Shown here: one piece after another, positions 1-11,895 of the stretch | Layout: each line of letters opens with the position of its first letter | Numbering within the stretch: position 1 is the first letter of the stretch | Assembly (NCBI GenBank): GCA_001600695.1 | Contig: BCKQ01000001.1 | Location: 1,800,005-1,864,004, forward strand | DNA from: Ascoidea asiatica JCM 7603 | Taxonomy: Eukaryota; Fungi; Ascomycota | DNA length: 64,000 bases | Direction of reading: 5' to 3' | Notes under the pieces: generated by a model | The model's input: the letters and a program-made list of their open reading frames with translations, nothing else | Told to the model about the DNA's origin: nothing | The model's database searches: none | Translations under genes and position numbers: made by a program

Positions 1-584
1 GAAAAATTGTTATTATTATTTGAATTATTTAATTTTAATTTTTTTAATCTTTCAATTTCTTTTTCTTTTTCTAATTTTTCTTGTTCTAAAATATCATCTT
101 TATTTTTTTGAATTAATTCAGGAAATTCTTTTAAAAAAATTGGATTTGAATTTAAATTCCAATTTTTACTATTTTTAGCAAATTGAATTTTAACTTCATC
201 ACTTGTTTGAATTGAACCAACAGTTGATTCATCACCAGTCATAAAACTTAATAAACCTGTTAAAATTGTTGAAACACTCCAAGCAGGATTCCAAGTATCA
301 GGATGAAAATCACTCATTGATAAACATAATCTTCGATTAGTATTAAATCTACCATTTGGTGTTATTATTTTTATTGTTAATGGTTTAAAAGGATAATCAG
401 GTTTAAAAAATAATTTACCATGATATTGACCATTTTCATATGGAGTATTTGGTGGACCAGTTATTAAATAATGCCATTCTAAAATATTTTCTTCATTTGG
501 ATGAGCAATAATATATGGAGGAGGATCATTAACCATTAATTTATATTCACGAGTTAATCTCTTTTGAGCACCACGAGTAGCCAT
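1..584 (-). CDS. UBC6: Ubiquitin-conjugating enzyme E2 Ubc6 (3' end runs off the window)
   Basis: Not in the ORF track. The ATG is the reverse complement of cat at 582-584. Manual translation gives MATRGAQKRLTREYKLMVNDPPPYIIAHPNEENILEWHYLITGPPNTPYENGQYHG...TPNGRFNTNRRLCLSMSDFHPDTWNPAWSVSTILTGLLSFM, with the catalytic Cys in the Ubc6-type RLCLSMSDFHP motif. The frame stays open to the window edge. Confidence 0.95.
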   Translation of the reverse strand, partial: MATRGAQKRLTREYKLMVNDPPPYIIAHPNEENILEWHYLITGPPNTPYENGQYHGKLFFKPDYPFKPLTIKIITPNGRFNTNRRLCLSMSDFHPDTWNPAWSVSTILTGLLSFMTGDESTVGSIQTSDEVKIQFAKNSKNWNLNSNPIFLKEFPELIQKNKDDILEQEKLEKEKEIERLKKLKLNNSNNNNNF

Positions 585-1417
585 TTTAAAAATTTAAATT
601 ATGAAAAGTATTTTAAAGAAATATAAACAATAATAGAAATATTTTTTAATATAAATTAAGAGATGAGTTTATTTTAATAAAGCAAAATTTCAAAGAAAGA
701 AAGATAAATTTAATAAATAATTTACAAAGCGCCTAATTATTACTATTTGAATTTTTTTCAAATTCTTTACTGATTTTTTCTTAGATAAAAGATAGGTAGT
801 TAAGGAAAGATACTATAAGAATAAATAAGAAAATACTACAGTAGTAAATAAGCCTGTGTTAAAAAATATGCAGATAAGAATAATCTTAGTGATAGAATAA
901 TGATATTACACTGACTATTATTGAAAATGTTGAATAAATTGTTGGATTAAATTCTTTGAAAAAGATGATCAAGAGGTAAATATAAAATAAATAAATTCTA
1001 AAAAGAAGGAAACATATCTATTATATTATATTATATTATTATATTCTTTTTTCTCACTTAGTACCAAAGTGATAATATTAAATATTCAATACTTCCTCAA
1101 ATACTCTACCGTAGCCTTAGAAAGCATTCATTCAACATAAGTCAGTAAGTGCAGTGCTAATTTAACTTGGGGAAAAGAGAACCACACGACTGGCTTCCTC
1201 TGCGGAATCGAGTCGTGCGGATGGTCACCTGATTTTCACTTTTTGTTTTTAGCCAGCAATTCTCCAGCATCCACAGCAATGGTAGCAGTACGTTTCATCT
1301 TGTTCCAAGTCAACATTCGGATAAGTCGTATAGTGATATAAATATAATTTTTATTTATGTAATTCATTATTGTTTAAAGTGATTCAATGACTTTGAAATT
1401 ATTAAATTTTCAAGAGT

Positions 1418-1515
1418 GCTTTGGTGGCTCAGTTGGCTAGAGCGTCAGCCTCATAACAATACAACTTGTGTTGTGGGTGTGCTGAAGGCCGGGAGTTCGA
1501 GCCTCCCCCAGAGCA
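1418..1515 (+). tRNA. tRNA-Met(CAT), elongator type, with 24-nt intron (1456-1479)
   Basis: Acceptor stem GCTTTGG/CCAGAGC-A, D arm GCTCAGTTGGCTAGAGC, anticodon stem TCAGC/GCTGA with CT-CAT-A, T arm GGGAG-TTCGAGC-CTCCC, followed by an oligo-T Pol III terminator. G1-C72 and the TTC T-loop indicate elongator rather than initiator. Confidence 0.93.
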
Positions 1516-3765
1516 TTTTTTTTATATTTTTTTATACTTAATCACTAATATTTTTAGTTAAAAAGAAAAAAAAAAAAAACATCCAGTAATTAAGTCATTT
1601 TCCAATTGACCCAGATAATAGTTATATATTTCAAAATAAAATAAAAAGTTTTTCAAATAAGGGTTTTCAATAATCAATTTAAAAGAGGTTTTTAAAATTT
1701 CAATTTCGCTAATTTAAATTAAAATTTCTAATCAATCACTATAAATGTAATTCAAAGTGAGTAAATAAAAGTATAAAATGCGTAAAAAATTTAAAAGTCT
1801 CTAAATTTTTTCATCATGTTACCTTCTATTTTGGTTAAATATTTCAAATTATTTTAATTTTATAATTTTCATTATGTAATAATAAAGGATAAACTAATTA
1901 AGGATAATTTGAAAAGTTAAGCCGAAATAATGTTCATTCTAAAATATACCTTAAATAAGTCAATTCAAAAAATTGCGAAGGTTTTCTTTTTAGTTTTTGA
2001 ATTTTCATAGAGATTATTAAATCTCATCATCCAGGACATTTACGCCGTAATTGTAGCTTTTATATTCATCACCAATCTATTTAACAGTGAAATAAGATAC
2101 CAATATAGTTAAACCTATCCTACTTAATCTCTTTATTATTATTATCTCTAAGCTTAATAAATGAGCTGGGTGTAAATTATTGCAATGGATTTTATAATAA
2201 AACTCAATGAAAAATGTTCATTTTTATTCTTTTCTCGATTCTTCTTTAATAACCAGACAAAATTCAAGTCGCAAACAGCTTTCGATTTAATATGGGGTCA
2301 GTTTACCTTCACTTTTTCTCAGTTTCATCACGCCCATGCTCGGGTTACCGACGTCGGAAAAATCAAAATCCACTTTCCTCCTGTTTCGGCGTGCAAGTTT
2401 TGAATTTCAATTTTTCTCTTTGCATCGTGGTCAGTGATTTTTATTCCACTAAACGAGTCCCGTATTTTTGGACTCGATTGTTCAGCTGGGAGCATTCTGC
2501 ACCAGAAACCCTACAGATGCATACTGCATCTTCTAATAATCGTCAATTCTTTATCTCTGGCCAATGACAACTTAGAGTCCTATTTTCCTGAACCTTAATG
2601 TACAGCATATGCATTTCCTTGTCCTGAAAATAGTGGTCTTCTATTTTCACTTTTAAATCAGGATCTTTTTATTTAAATTTCATTTTCAATCATATAAAGT
2701 AAAAAAATTCAATTTTTATAAAATATAATGCTTTTTAAAAATTAAGTAATTAAAACATTCATAATTTTCTTTATTGTCATTTTCAACCTTTTAATTTCAT
2801 GAGAAAATGCCCTTTTTTGAAATAAATAAACTTCCTTAATCAGTATTTCTTTCAGCATATACTCATCTTTTTAAAAAAAAAATTAATAAATATTCTCTTT
2901 GAAATGTCTCTTTTGAGAAATAAGTAAATTTAAAACTATTTGAAAAGCTATTTTAGTTAAAAAATTATTATTTTTATTATATTTGAGTTTTTCATAGCCA
3001 GTTTCATTGTATTCAAAAAGTCATTTATTAAATATATATTTTATAGTTATATTTCACTAAAATTTCATTATTCAAAAAAAAAAAAGGAAAAAAATTGTTT
3101 AATGAAATTTTATTCTTTTAACCATCTTGAAATATCACTTAATTAGAATTGATTAGAATTGATTTCACCAATCAGATTCTATTCTTCAAAATAATGTTTT
3201 TTTCTCCTCAACAAATATGGATATTTCTTAGGCTTTTTTGGAGACTAAAAATATTTTAAAAAATTAGCTTCAAAGTTATTATAATTACTATTGTATTTTT
3301 TTTTCTTCATGATCTAACTGAAAAATAAATATTGCAGTCTTAATAGTTTGAATAAAAACAATTATATTAAATTCTTAAAAAGTCTTTTTATTAAAATCCT
3401 GATAACACGTTTCTTGAGTTGTCCTGAAAAGTTTTAAGTTATAATCGACCTTGCAAAGTTTCACCTTTCCTGCTAACGCAGACTTAAAGCTCGATTAAGT
3501 TTATGGGTTTAATTTTCGAGCAAAATTAAGCGTAAAATATAGACATAATTTATTTTTTTTATTTTTGCTTTGCTTAATTATTCCTAATTGCACTTGATTA
3601 GAGCTGATTATTTTAACTTGTTCCCCATAATTATCTTCTAAATCAATTAAATTTCCATTTTTTCAATGCTTTTGCTATTAGGCTTTTCTTTTTTTCGTTA
3701 AAATTTTAATCGCAATTATACTTTCAATCTCGAATTTCTCTAATTTTAAAATGACATGGTTCTGA

Positions 3766-3802
3766 GATAAAACTGACTCATAATTAATAAAAATCATATA
3801 AA
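3766..3802 (+). promoter_or_regulatory. GDH proximal promoter: GATAA (3766-3770), Gcn4 site TGACTCA (3774-3780), TATAAA (3797-3802)
   Basis: The three motifs are clustered about 220-255 bp upstream of the GDH ATG. GATA-factor and Gcn4 control of NADP-GDH is known in S. cerevisiae. Confidence 0.6.
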
Positions 3803-4021
3803 TATCATTCAATATTCCATCTTTTAAAATGAATAATTTTTAAGAATTTTCTTTTTTTTATTTTACATCATTCAAAATCTATTAATTCAACTCAACTCAA
3901 TTCCAATTAATTTAATAAAAATCAAATTTTTTTAAATTAATCCTAAAATCCAATTTCAATTCAATAATTTTTTTTCAATTGAAACAAAACAAATAAAAAA
4001 TATTAAACATAATTTATAAAA

Positions 4022-5392
4022 ATGGTATCTGAACCTGAATTTGAACAAGCTTATAATGAAATTGTTTCTTGTTTAGAAGATTCAACTTTATTCATAAAAC
4101 ATCCAGAATATAAAAGAGCAATCAAAGTTGTGTCAATTCCAGAAAGAATTATTCAATTTAGAGTAACTTGGGAAGATGATAATGGTGTTTATCAAGTTAA
4201 TAATGGTTTCAGAGTTCAATTCAATTCTGCTTTAGGTCCTTATAAAGGTGGTTTAAGATTTCATCCATCTGTAAATTTATCAATTTTAAAATTTTTGGGT
4301 TTCGAACAAATTTTTAAAAATGCTTTAACTGGTACTAATATTGGTGGTGGTAAAGGTGGAGCAGATTTTGATCCAAAAGGAAAATCTGTTAATGAAATTC
4401 GTAGATTTTGTGTTGCATTTATGTCTGAATTAGCTCGTCATATTGGTGCAGATACTGATGTACCAGCTGGTGATATTGCTGTTAGTGGTAGAGAAATTGG
4501 TTTCCTTTTTGGAGCTTATAAAAAACAAAAAAATGTTTGGGAAGGAACTTTAACTGGTAAAGGTTTAACATGGGGTGGTTCTTTAATTAGACCAGAAGCT
4601 ACTGGTTATGGTCTTTTATATTTTGTTGAAAATATGGTTAAATATGCTACAAAAGGAAAAGAATCTGTTCATGGTAAACGTGTTTCAATTTCTGGTTCTG
4701 GTAATGTTGCTCAATATGCTGCATTAAAAGTTTTAGAATTAGGTGGTATTGTATTATCATTATCAGATTCTAAAGGTTGTATTGTTTCTGAAAAAGGTTT
4801 AAGTTTTGAACAAGTTAAATCTATTCAAAGTATTAAAGAAAGTAGAGGAACTATTAAAGAAGCTTTATCGAAAGATAAAAAATTATTTGATGGATCAGAT
4901 GTTAAATATTTTTCAGGTATGAGACCATGGACTTTAGTTAAAAATGTTAATATTGCACTTCCATGTGCAACACAAAATGAAGTTTCAGAATCTGAAGCTG
5001 AGGCTTTATTAAAAGCAGGAGCTAAATATGTTGCAGAAGGATCAAATATGGGATGTACTCAAGAAGCAATTAATATTTTTGAAAAAGCTAGATGTGATTC
5101 AAAAAATTTATCAGTTTGGTATGCAAATGGTAAAATTTCAAATAGTGGAGGTGTTTTAATTAGTGCTATTGAAATGGCACAAAATTCTCAACGTATATCA
5201 TATAGTTCTGAAAAAGTTGATTCTATTTTAAAAGAAAGAATGACTGAAGCTTTTGATGTTGCAGTTTCTACAGCTCTTGAATATAATTCTGAAGAAAATA
5301 AAGAAGCTTTACCATCAATTGTTAAAGGTTCTAATATTGCAGGATATGTTAAAGTTATTCAAGCTATGTTTGAACAAGGTGATTTATGGTAA
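4022..5392 (+). CDS. GDH1: NADP-specific glutamate dehydrogenase (GDH1/GDH3 family)
   Basis: EPEFEQAY N-terminus, [61 protein letters not shown] (NADP-type GxGxxA), [21 protein letters not shown]. Confidence 0.97.
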   Translation: MVSEPEFEQAYNEIVSCLEDSTLFIKHPEYKRAIKVVSIPERIIQFRVTWEDDNGVYQVNNGFRVQFNSALGPYKGGLRFHPSVNLSILKFLGFEQIFKNALTGTNIGGGKGGADFDPKGKSVNEIRRFCVAFMSELARHIGADTDVPAGDIAVSGREIGFLFGAYKKQKNVWEGTLTGKGLTWGGSLIRPEATGYGLLYFVENMVKYATKGKESVHGKRVSISGSGNVAQYAALKVLELGGIVLSLSDSKGCIVSEKGLSFEQVKSIQSIKESRGTIKEALSKDKKLFDGSDVKYFSGMRPWTLVKNVNIALPCATQNEVSESEAEALLKAGAKYVAEGSNMGCTQEAINIFEKARCDSKNLSVWYANGKISNSGGVLISAIEMAQNSQRISYSSEKVDSILKERMTEAFDVAVSTALEYNSEENKEALPSIVKGSNIAGYVKVIQAMFEQGDLW

Positions 5393-6027
5393 TTTCCAAT
5401 TTGATTTAGATTTTAATTTCAATCTTTGTTATTACAAATATTTTTTCAATTTGTTATGAGTTTTTCTTATTAAGTTAGTGATTTTTTTTTTAGTTTCTTA
5501 TTTTTATAATTTTATATTTTTATATGTTTATTATTACCTATTTTTTATAATTTGATATATATAAACTTGAAAGTATATGCATTTTTTATTTATTTCCAAT
5601 CTATCATTTACATTTAGCAATATTTTTGATTAAAAAATCAAATGATTATTCTTTTTACGCTAAGAATAAATTTCAATTAAATTCAAGCTTTTATAAAACC
5701 TAAAAACAAAGAAAATTCCGAGGAAAAAAATATTAAAAATATAATAAAATTCCGCTTGAAGACCCATAAATCAGGATTCAAATATACACGTGATCAAATC
5801 ACTTTTTTTAATTTTTTTCTTGGAATTTCACATTTGATTCGAGTTATTGAATTACACTTTGCAATAAAAATAAATAAACGAATTAAATTGTAATTCAGCA
5901 AAAACTTTAGTAAAAAAAGTAAAAAAACAAAAAATAATTGTTGGAAGAAAAAAAATAAAAGGAATTATTAAGGAAATTTAAGAAATTTAAAGGTAGTAGT
6001 GAATTTAAAAAACTGAATTGAGAAGAA

Positions 6028-6771
6028 ATGAAAAGCATTGGAAATAATCAATTGATAAATATGTCAGTAAATTTTAATCAACTAATAACAGGTTGTTGTA
6101 TATCATTATTTACAGGATGTTGTATTGGAGCTTTATTAAATTCAAAAAACTGTACTTTATCTATATGTAAAAAAAAGTCAGAGATAAATAAAAATAAGAA
6201 TAAAACAATTGGTAAGCGAAGAATAGGAAATAATAATAATAATAATAAAAACGATGATAAAGTAAATAATAGAAATAATACAGAAACATCATCTTCTGGG
6301 TATGAAAATGATGATGAATTATCTAGAGAAGAAACAGAAACAGATTTAGGATCTGAATCTGAATCTGAATCTGAAGATGGTATTGAAGTTGATACAAGTG
6401 ATTTGAATGATATTCCTGGAGAATGTCGAATGGCATTAATTATAAGAAGAGATTTGAATATGACTAAAGGAAAAATAGCAGCTCAATGTGCACATGCAGC
6501 AATTGGTTGTTATAAAAAATTTATGAAAAATAATTTAAGATTATTAAATAGATGGGAAAGAGGTGGTCAAGCAAAAATCACTTTACAATGTAAAACAGAA
6601 GAAGATCTTGATGAGTTGCTAGCAAAAGCATTATCTTTAAATATTAGTGGAGTACAGATTCATGACGCTGGAAGAACACAAATTGCAGCTGGATCTGTGA
6701 CAGTTCTCGGACTAGGACCAGCTCCAAAATCAGTATTGGATCTAGTGACTGGAGACTTAAAGTTATATTAA
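6028..6771 (+). CDS. PTH2: Peptidyl-tRNA hydrolase 2 with N-terminal membrane anchor (start may be ATG 6061)
   Basis: RMALIIRRDLNMTKGKIAAQCAHA, W-x3-GQAKITL, IHDAGRTQIAAGSVTVLGLGPAPKSVLDLVTGDLKLY C-terminus. Confidence 0.95.
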   Translation: MKSIGNNQLINMSVNFNQLITGCCISLFTGCCIGALLNSKNCTLSICKKKSEINKNKNKTIGKRRIGNNNNNNKNDDKVNNRNNTETSSSGYENDDELSREETETDLGSESESESEDGIEVDTSDLNDIPGECRMALIIRRDLNMTKGKIAAQCAHAAIGCYKKFMKNNLRLLNRWERGGQAKITLQCKTEEDLDELLAKALSLNISGVQIHDAGRTQIAAGSVTVLGLGPAPKSVLDLVTGDLKLY

Positions 6772-6851
6772 AAAGTTGAAAATATCATATATAAAGTATA
6801 TATTGTATTACATATCTTTATATTTTGCTTTTGAATGGAAATTTCATCAAT

Positions 6852-6857
<6 letters not shown>

Positions 6858-6891
<34 letters not shown>
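6858..6891 (+). repeat. Poly(dA) tract, 34 nt
   Basis: Uninterrupted A run downstream of PTH2. Confidence 0.9.
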
Positions 6892-6893
<2 letters not shown>

Positions 6894-9800
6894 TAAAGCT
6901 AACATTAAATTTATAATGTCATGTGACCAATCATAATCATTTCTCTGGCCAACCTAATACAAAAAATAAAATAAATTTTATTCTGAGCAAAAAAAGCGTG
7001 TTCAGATAGTTCAAATGAGTTAACGTTACAATTGAAAAAGAAAAGGATTAAATCAAATGTGGTTGCTTGTAAAGTGAAAACTTCGGAATCTGGAACGTTT
7101 GCAAGTTTCCTTTGATAATAGAAATAGACGATGCATTGTATGCTGCATGTTTTATGTTATATGTTGTAGTTGTTGGTGAAAGCTTATCAGAAATTGGAAT
7201 AGTTTTTTTTTTAATTTTGCAGGGATTATCCACGAACGGTTAGACTGGCAACATTTTGACAAATATTTCAAGATTCTCTTTTTTATCTTTCAAAAAAACG
7301 TACGAGCGAATCTACCATTACGTATTCCAGAACCACAAATAAAATATATCCTAGATATAAATTAAAGAAGATTTATTCCTATAAAATAGAAAATATAATT
7401 TAAAAGGAAATAAAAAATGATGTATAGAGAGACTTACCAATGAAGAGTTTTATTTCAAGTGGAAACTCTACTTTTGAAATGAATCTCTGGAAAAAAGTCT
7501 CAACATTTCTAAAATGGGTGGAAACTGCATAAAAAAGTTAGGCAATCTTGAAATCAATAAAACTGAGTTTTTTTTGCTTCTTTTTTTTTTTTTTTATTAA
7601 TTTATCTAATATTTGGTAGATTATCAATTAATATTAATAGATAAGCTATTAATGTTAATGAAAACATTTAACAGTAAAATTGGTATCATCTAAAAGGCTA
7701 GAAACTGTTCTTTATCTAAAGCCGTGAAAATGATTTACACTTTAGAAGTTGAATAATTTAAAATAAAAATAGCGACTTTTATTATTACCATTATAACTAT
7801 TGTTATTACTATTGTTATTACAATTGTTAGTATTTTAAAAAAATATTTCAAGTACTTTAGGACAATGAAAATGTCTCCGTGGCAAAGTGACTACAATAAA
7901 ATTATTTAATATTTTATATGTTAAGATTTTCGTTCAGAAAAACGATTTGCAAAAAGGTTTTAAGATTTTCGTAACTTAAATTAACTCATCTTTTTTAGCT
8001 TGAGCTTAGTTTTGCCTTAGTTTGACCTCAAAAATGAGAGACAATCAAAATATTTACTAGTTTAGTATGTGTAAAAAAGTTGACGTCAGCAAATAAATGT
8101 GTCTAAAACACTTCTAATCCATGAAAGAGGCAATGCTAGGCTAAAATCCGCTGTGTAATTGGTTGGCTTTTAGTTAACTTGTCTCTTAAAATTTAAGTGT
8201 GTTTTTAGTACGAATTAGTGCATAAACTTATGTCTCTGTACCTACAGTTTAAAACAAAGAGTCAGTGATTAGGATTTTTTTGTGCATCAAATAAAAATTA
8301 CCGATCTTGCATCAACGGAGAGATCTTCCTTCTATTATCTGCGAAGTTTCCTTAACAAGTGTTGACTTGTTGTCTACCTGCGCAGATGATGAGAAAGAGC
8401 TTTTCGCGTGTTTATATGCATAATAAAGTTACACCATGCTTTCTCTTCTAATAAATTTTTTTTTTTAGTGTAGGTTTATTATACCGTGTATTTAAACAAA
8501 ACTATACACAAATTAAATCAATTTAAAAGATATTAACTAAGAATAATAGGTGAAATTTTTATTATGAGCCTTGTTTTTCATTCAAGAATAATAAAATAAA
8601 AATCAAAAAATTAAAATACTCATTACAAAAAACTGAAGCGCTGATACTCTGTAATTTAGATTTGAGTTAATATATTTATTGGGAAAAATTTGAGGCCCAT
8701 TTTTTATTTCAAAATAGATATTAAGAGGAAAATGTTTTTTTATTTATAAGCGAATTTTCGATCTTGATTATTGGTTGATTGAGATTAATTGATTTCAACT
8801 TTAATTATACCCGGAGGAACTTTGCTAACAAAATTTTTAAAAAATTTAATATTCTTACATTAATGAGTAAAGTTAAATGATTTATAAAACTTTTGTAAAA
8901 CGTAATACATAATACATAATGCATACAGTATATATATTTACAATTTACTAAATGATTGTAATTTACAATTATTGCAATCACAATACTAATTCTATTACTA
9001 TACACAAACCTTATTAGATTAAGTAACATTTTCATTAAAACTTTCAAAAGATAACAATTGAATAACTGGCTGGCTTAAAATAATAGTGATAATAATAAAA
9101 TTTAGCTAAAGAATTGTGATGGGTTACTGGAGTCACTAACGTTACAGAATCCTGGTAAAATTGCTTCAAAATTAAAAGAAAATGAATCAATTCCAATGTG
9201 AAAATGGAAAAGAATTGATAAAAAATCGACAATCTTTGAATATTTTTCTTTGTCGATACTTTGCGGTAAGACTTTTTGATAGTTTTCTTTAATAATAAGC
9301 TTTGATAACGATTTCAAAATCTGATTCGGGATTTGAAACAAAACTTCAACAAAAATGAAATAAACAGACAGAAAGTAAGAAAGTAAAGAGGAGTATTTTT
9401 ACTACTGTCGTGGGGGTTGTAGTGCTAGTTATACTGCTAGTTATGTTTATATTACTCATATGAATTTTGTTTGGAAGAAACGTTGCAAATCAAATTCATT
9501 TTTAGTATCTATTCCATATGAACTATAGAAAGTAGAAGATCGAATGAAACTGAATATCAGTGCTTGGTCTAAATTCGATCAAAGAACCCAGTTGGGAAAA
9601 GTTAGTTAAAACTTAGTTGGTTTACTTAGTTCAAGTTAGCTCAAATTAGCCTTTGTTCAGTAGTTAGCATCTTTTTACTATTCAATTCTGTTGGTTCAAT
9701 CAAAATAAGTTCTTGAAAAGTGAAATTATTGCACTCTATTTTCATCAGAGCAACTTCAATCAAATAAAGTAACTAATACTACTACTAATACTACTGAGTA

Positions 9801-10040
9801 GTATAATATTAATTCCCTTTAAATTTGTTTGTAAATGTATTCAATGTTTCTACAATCTTAATTTTTTTCAATCATTGAATTATAAATACTTTAATAAATC
9901 TTGACTCTTTTAAATATTATTTTTGAAACTAATTTTATCCATAATATAATATTATTATATAAATTAAGTAATATTCCCTTAAATATCTACTGAATAAATA
10001 ATTTTTTAAACTTTTATCTTATTTTCAATTTATTCACTTA

Positions 10041-10075
10041 CAAGATACAAGATACAAGATACAAGATACAAGATA
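10041..10075 (+). repeat. (CAAGATA)5 tandem repeat in the 5' leader of the globin gene
   Basis: Read directly from the sequence. Confidence 0.9.
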
Positions 10076-10089
10076 ACAATATATTTCCA

Positions 10090-11895
10090 ATGAATAAACA
10101 AAGATTATATAGTAATGAACCAATGTTAAATTCTTCATTTCCAAGATCTTCTGTAATGATAAATAAAATTTCTTTAGATCCTTCTTTAAATCCATCAAAT
10201 TTAAATTCAAATTATAAAATAAATTTAAAAAATCGTCAATTAAATGATATTCATAATATAAAATATCATTTTGATCAAGATAAATATAAAATTTCATTGA
10301 TTTTAACTCAAAGAGAAATTAGATTAATTAGATCTTCTTGGGATAAAATGGTTTCAAGAACTTTTTTAAATTATAGTGATGAATATTATTATAATTATAA
10401 TAATAATTCTTATGATGATGATGATGATGATGACGATGATGACTTACGTGATAATAATAATAAAGATAACGATAACGACAACGATAATGATAATCATTCT
10501 CTTTTTTCTTCTTTTTCATTCAATTCAAACTATAATAATAATATTAAAAGTAAAAATAATAATAAAATAAATATTAATAAAGAAGTTAAAACAACATATA
10601 CTGATTCTTCATTATTATGTGAACAATTATATCTTAATTTATTATCAATGCAACCAGATTTAGAAAAATTATTTCCTTCAATAAAACATCAAGCTTCTTC
10701 ATTTGCTGGTGTTATAAGAACTGCAATTTTAAATTTAGAAAATTTATCTGTTTTATCTGATTATTTAAATGAATTAGGTAAAAAACATTCAAGAATTTTA
10801 GGAATTGAACCTGTAGATTTTGAATTATTTGCTGATGCTTTATTAAAAACTTTTCATGATAGATTTGGTTTAGATTTTTCAATTGAATTAGAAGATTCTT
10901 GGGCTAAATTATATACTTTTTTAGCAAATAGTATCTTACAAGGTGGTCTTGATCCAATACTTGATTTAACTTCAAATAATAATGGAAATAATAATGGTAA
11001 TATTAATCAAAATGAAATTGAAAATTTTAATGATAATGATAATAATAATGATAATAATAATGACAATGATAATATAAGTATAGAAAATAATAATGAATTA
11101 AATGAATATAGATTTTCAACTGGTTCTTCAAATATTTCTTCAGATGCATCTTCAACATTTGATTTTCCAATAGAATCAACAACTGAAAATAATATAACTA
11201 GTAAAAGTATGAGTGGAACTTCATTAAGTTCTTCAATTTCAACTTCAAATTCAAATTCAATTTCAAATAATAAAAAATTATATTCAAAATTCAATAATAA
11301 TAATAATAAAAATAATTATAATAATAATAATAATTATATTACTAAAACAAATACAAATTTTAATACAATTTCATCATTTTCTAATGAAGATAATGATTCG
11401 ATTTTATTAAAAGAATCAAAAAAACAAAAAAAATCATTAAGTAAATTCAAAAGGAAAACTTCTTTAAGTAATATCTCAAATAATTTTTCCAATGATATCA
11501 ATGATAATCAATATAATTATACTTATAACAATAACAATAAAACAATTTATAATAAGACATCAGTTCCTCCAATACTGTCATTACCTTTATCATCTTCAAC
11601 TTCTTTAACTTATTCAAGAAATCCATTAAATGTACCAAATTTTAAAAAAAATTTAAGTATTGAAGAAATTAATAATAATAATAATAATAAAAATAGAAAT
11701 AATAGTGAAATGAATTCTTTTACATTTTTATCATCAAAGAAAAAAGATCGAATTTCATTAACTTCAAGATTAATGGGTGGTAAATCAACTAAAATTAAAA
11801 AGACTTCTTTAGTAAATATTGATGAATATAAAATGCAACAAAATAAATTAAATGATAAAGAAAATCAATCAGAAGAGGAATGTGTTATAATGTGA
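10090..11895 (+). CDS. Single-domain globin (flavohemoglobin-type globin fold, no reductase domain) with C-terminal CaaX box; YNL234W-like
   Basis: Helix A LTQREIRLIRSSW, then LCEQLY (B10 Tyr), LEKLF (CD1 Phe), IKHQA (E7 Gln), LGKKH (F8 His), FELFADALL, LEDSWAKLY. The rest is N/S-rich and ends in CVIM. Confidence 0.85.
   Translation: MNKQRLYSNEPMLNSSFPRSSVMINKISLDPSLNPSNLNSNYKINLKNRQLNDIHNIKYHFDQDKYKISLILTQREIRLIRSSWDKMVSRTFLNYSDEYYYNYNNNSYDDDDDDDDDDLRDNNNKDNDNDNDNDNHSLFSSFSFNSNYNNNIKSKNNNKININKEVKTTYTDSSLLCEQLYLNLLSMQPDLEKLFPSIKHQASSFAGVIRTAILNLENLSVLSDYLNELGKKHSRILGIEPVDFELFADALLKTFHDRFGLDFSIELEDSWAKLYTFLANSILQGGLDPILDLTSNNNGNNNGNINQNEIENFNDNDNNNDNNNDNDNISIENNNELNEYRFSTGSSNISSDASSTFDFPIESTTENNITSKSMSGTSLSSSISTSNSNSISNNKKLYSKFNNNNNKNNYNNNNNYITKTNTNFNTISSFSNEDNDSILLKESKKQKKSLSKFKRKTSLSNISNNFSNDINDNQYNYTYNNNNKTIYNKTSVPPILSLPLSSSTSLTYSRNPLNVPNFKKNLSIEEINNNNNNKNRNNSEMNSFTFLSSKKKDRISLTSRLMGGKSTKIKKTSLVNIDEYKMQQNKLNDKENQSEEECVIM

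Noticed and set aside
2185-2567. Two short overlapping ORFs (72 and 91 aa)
   Set aside because: They sit on a GC-rich promoter patch, have codon usage unlike real genes here and show no recognisable motifs.
6858-6891. Poly(A) tract as a retroelement or retrogene tail
   Set aside because: No target-site duplication or element body upstream. Homopolymers are common in this genome.
8805-9341. Three short minus-strand ORFs, considered as a pseudogene or transposon remnant
   Set aside because: No recognisable domain, the most protein-like frame lacks an ATG, and there are no splice signals or terminal repeats linking them.
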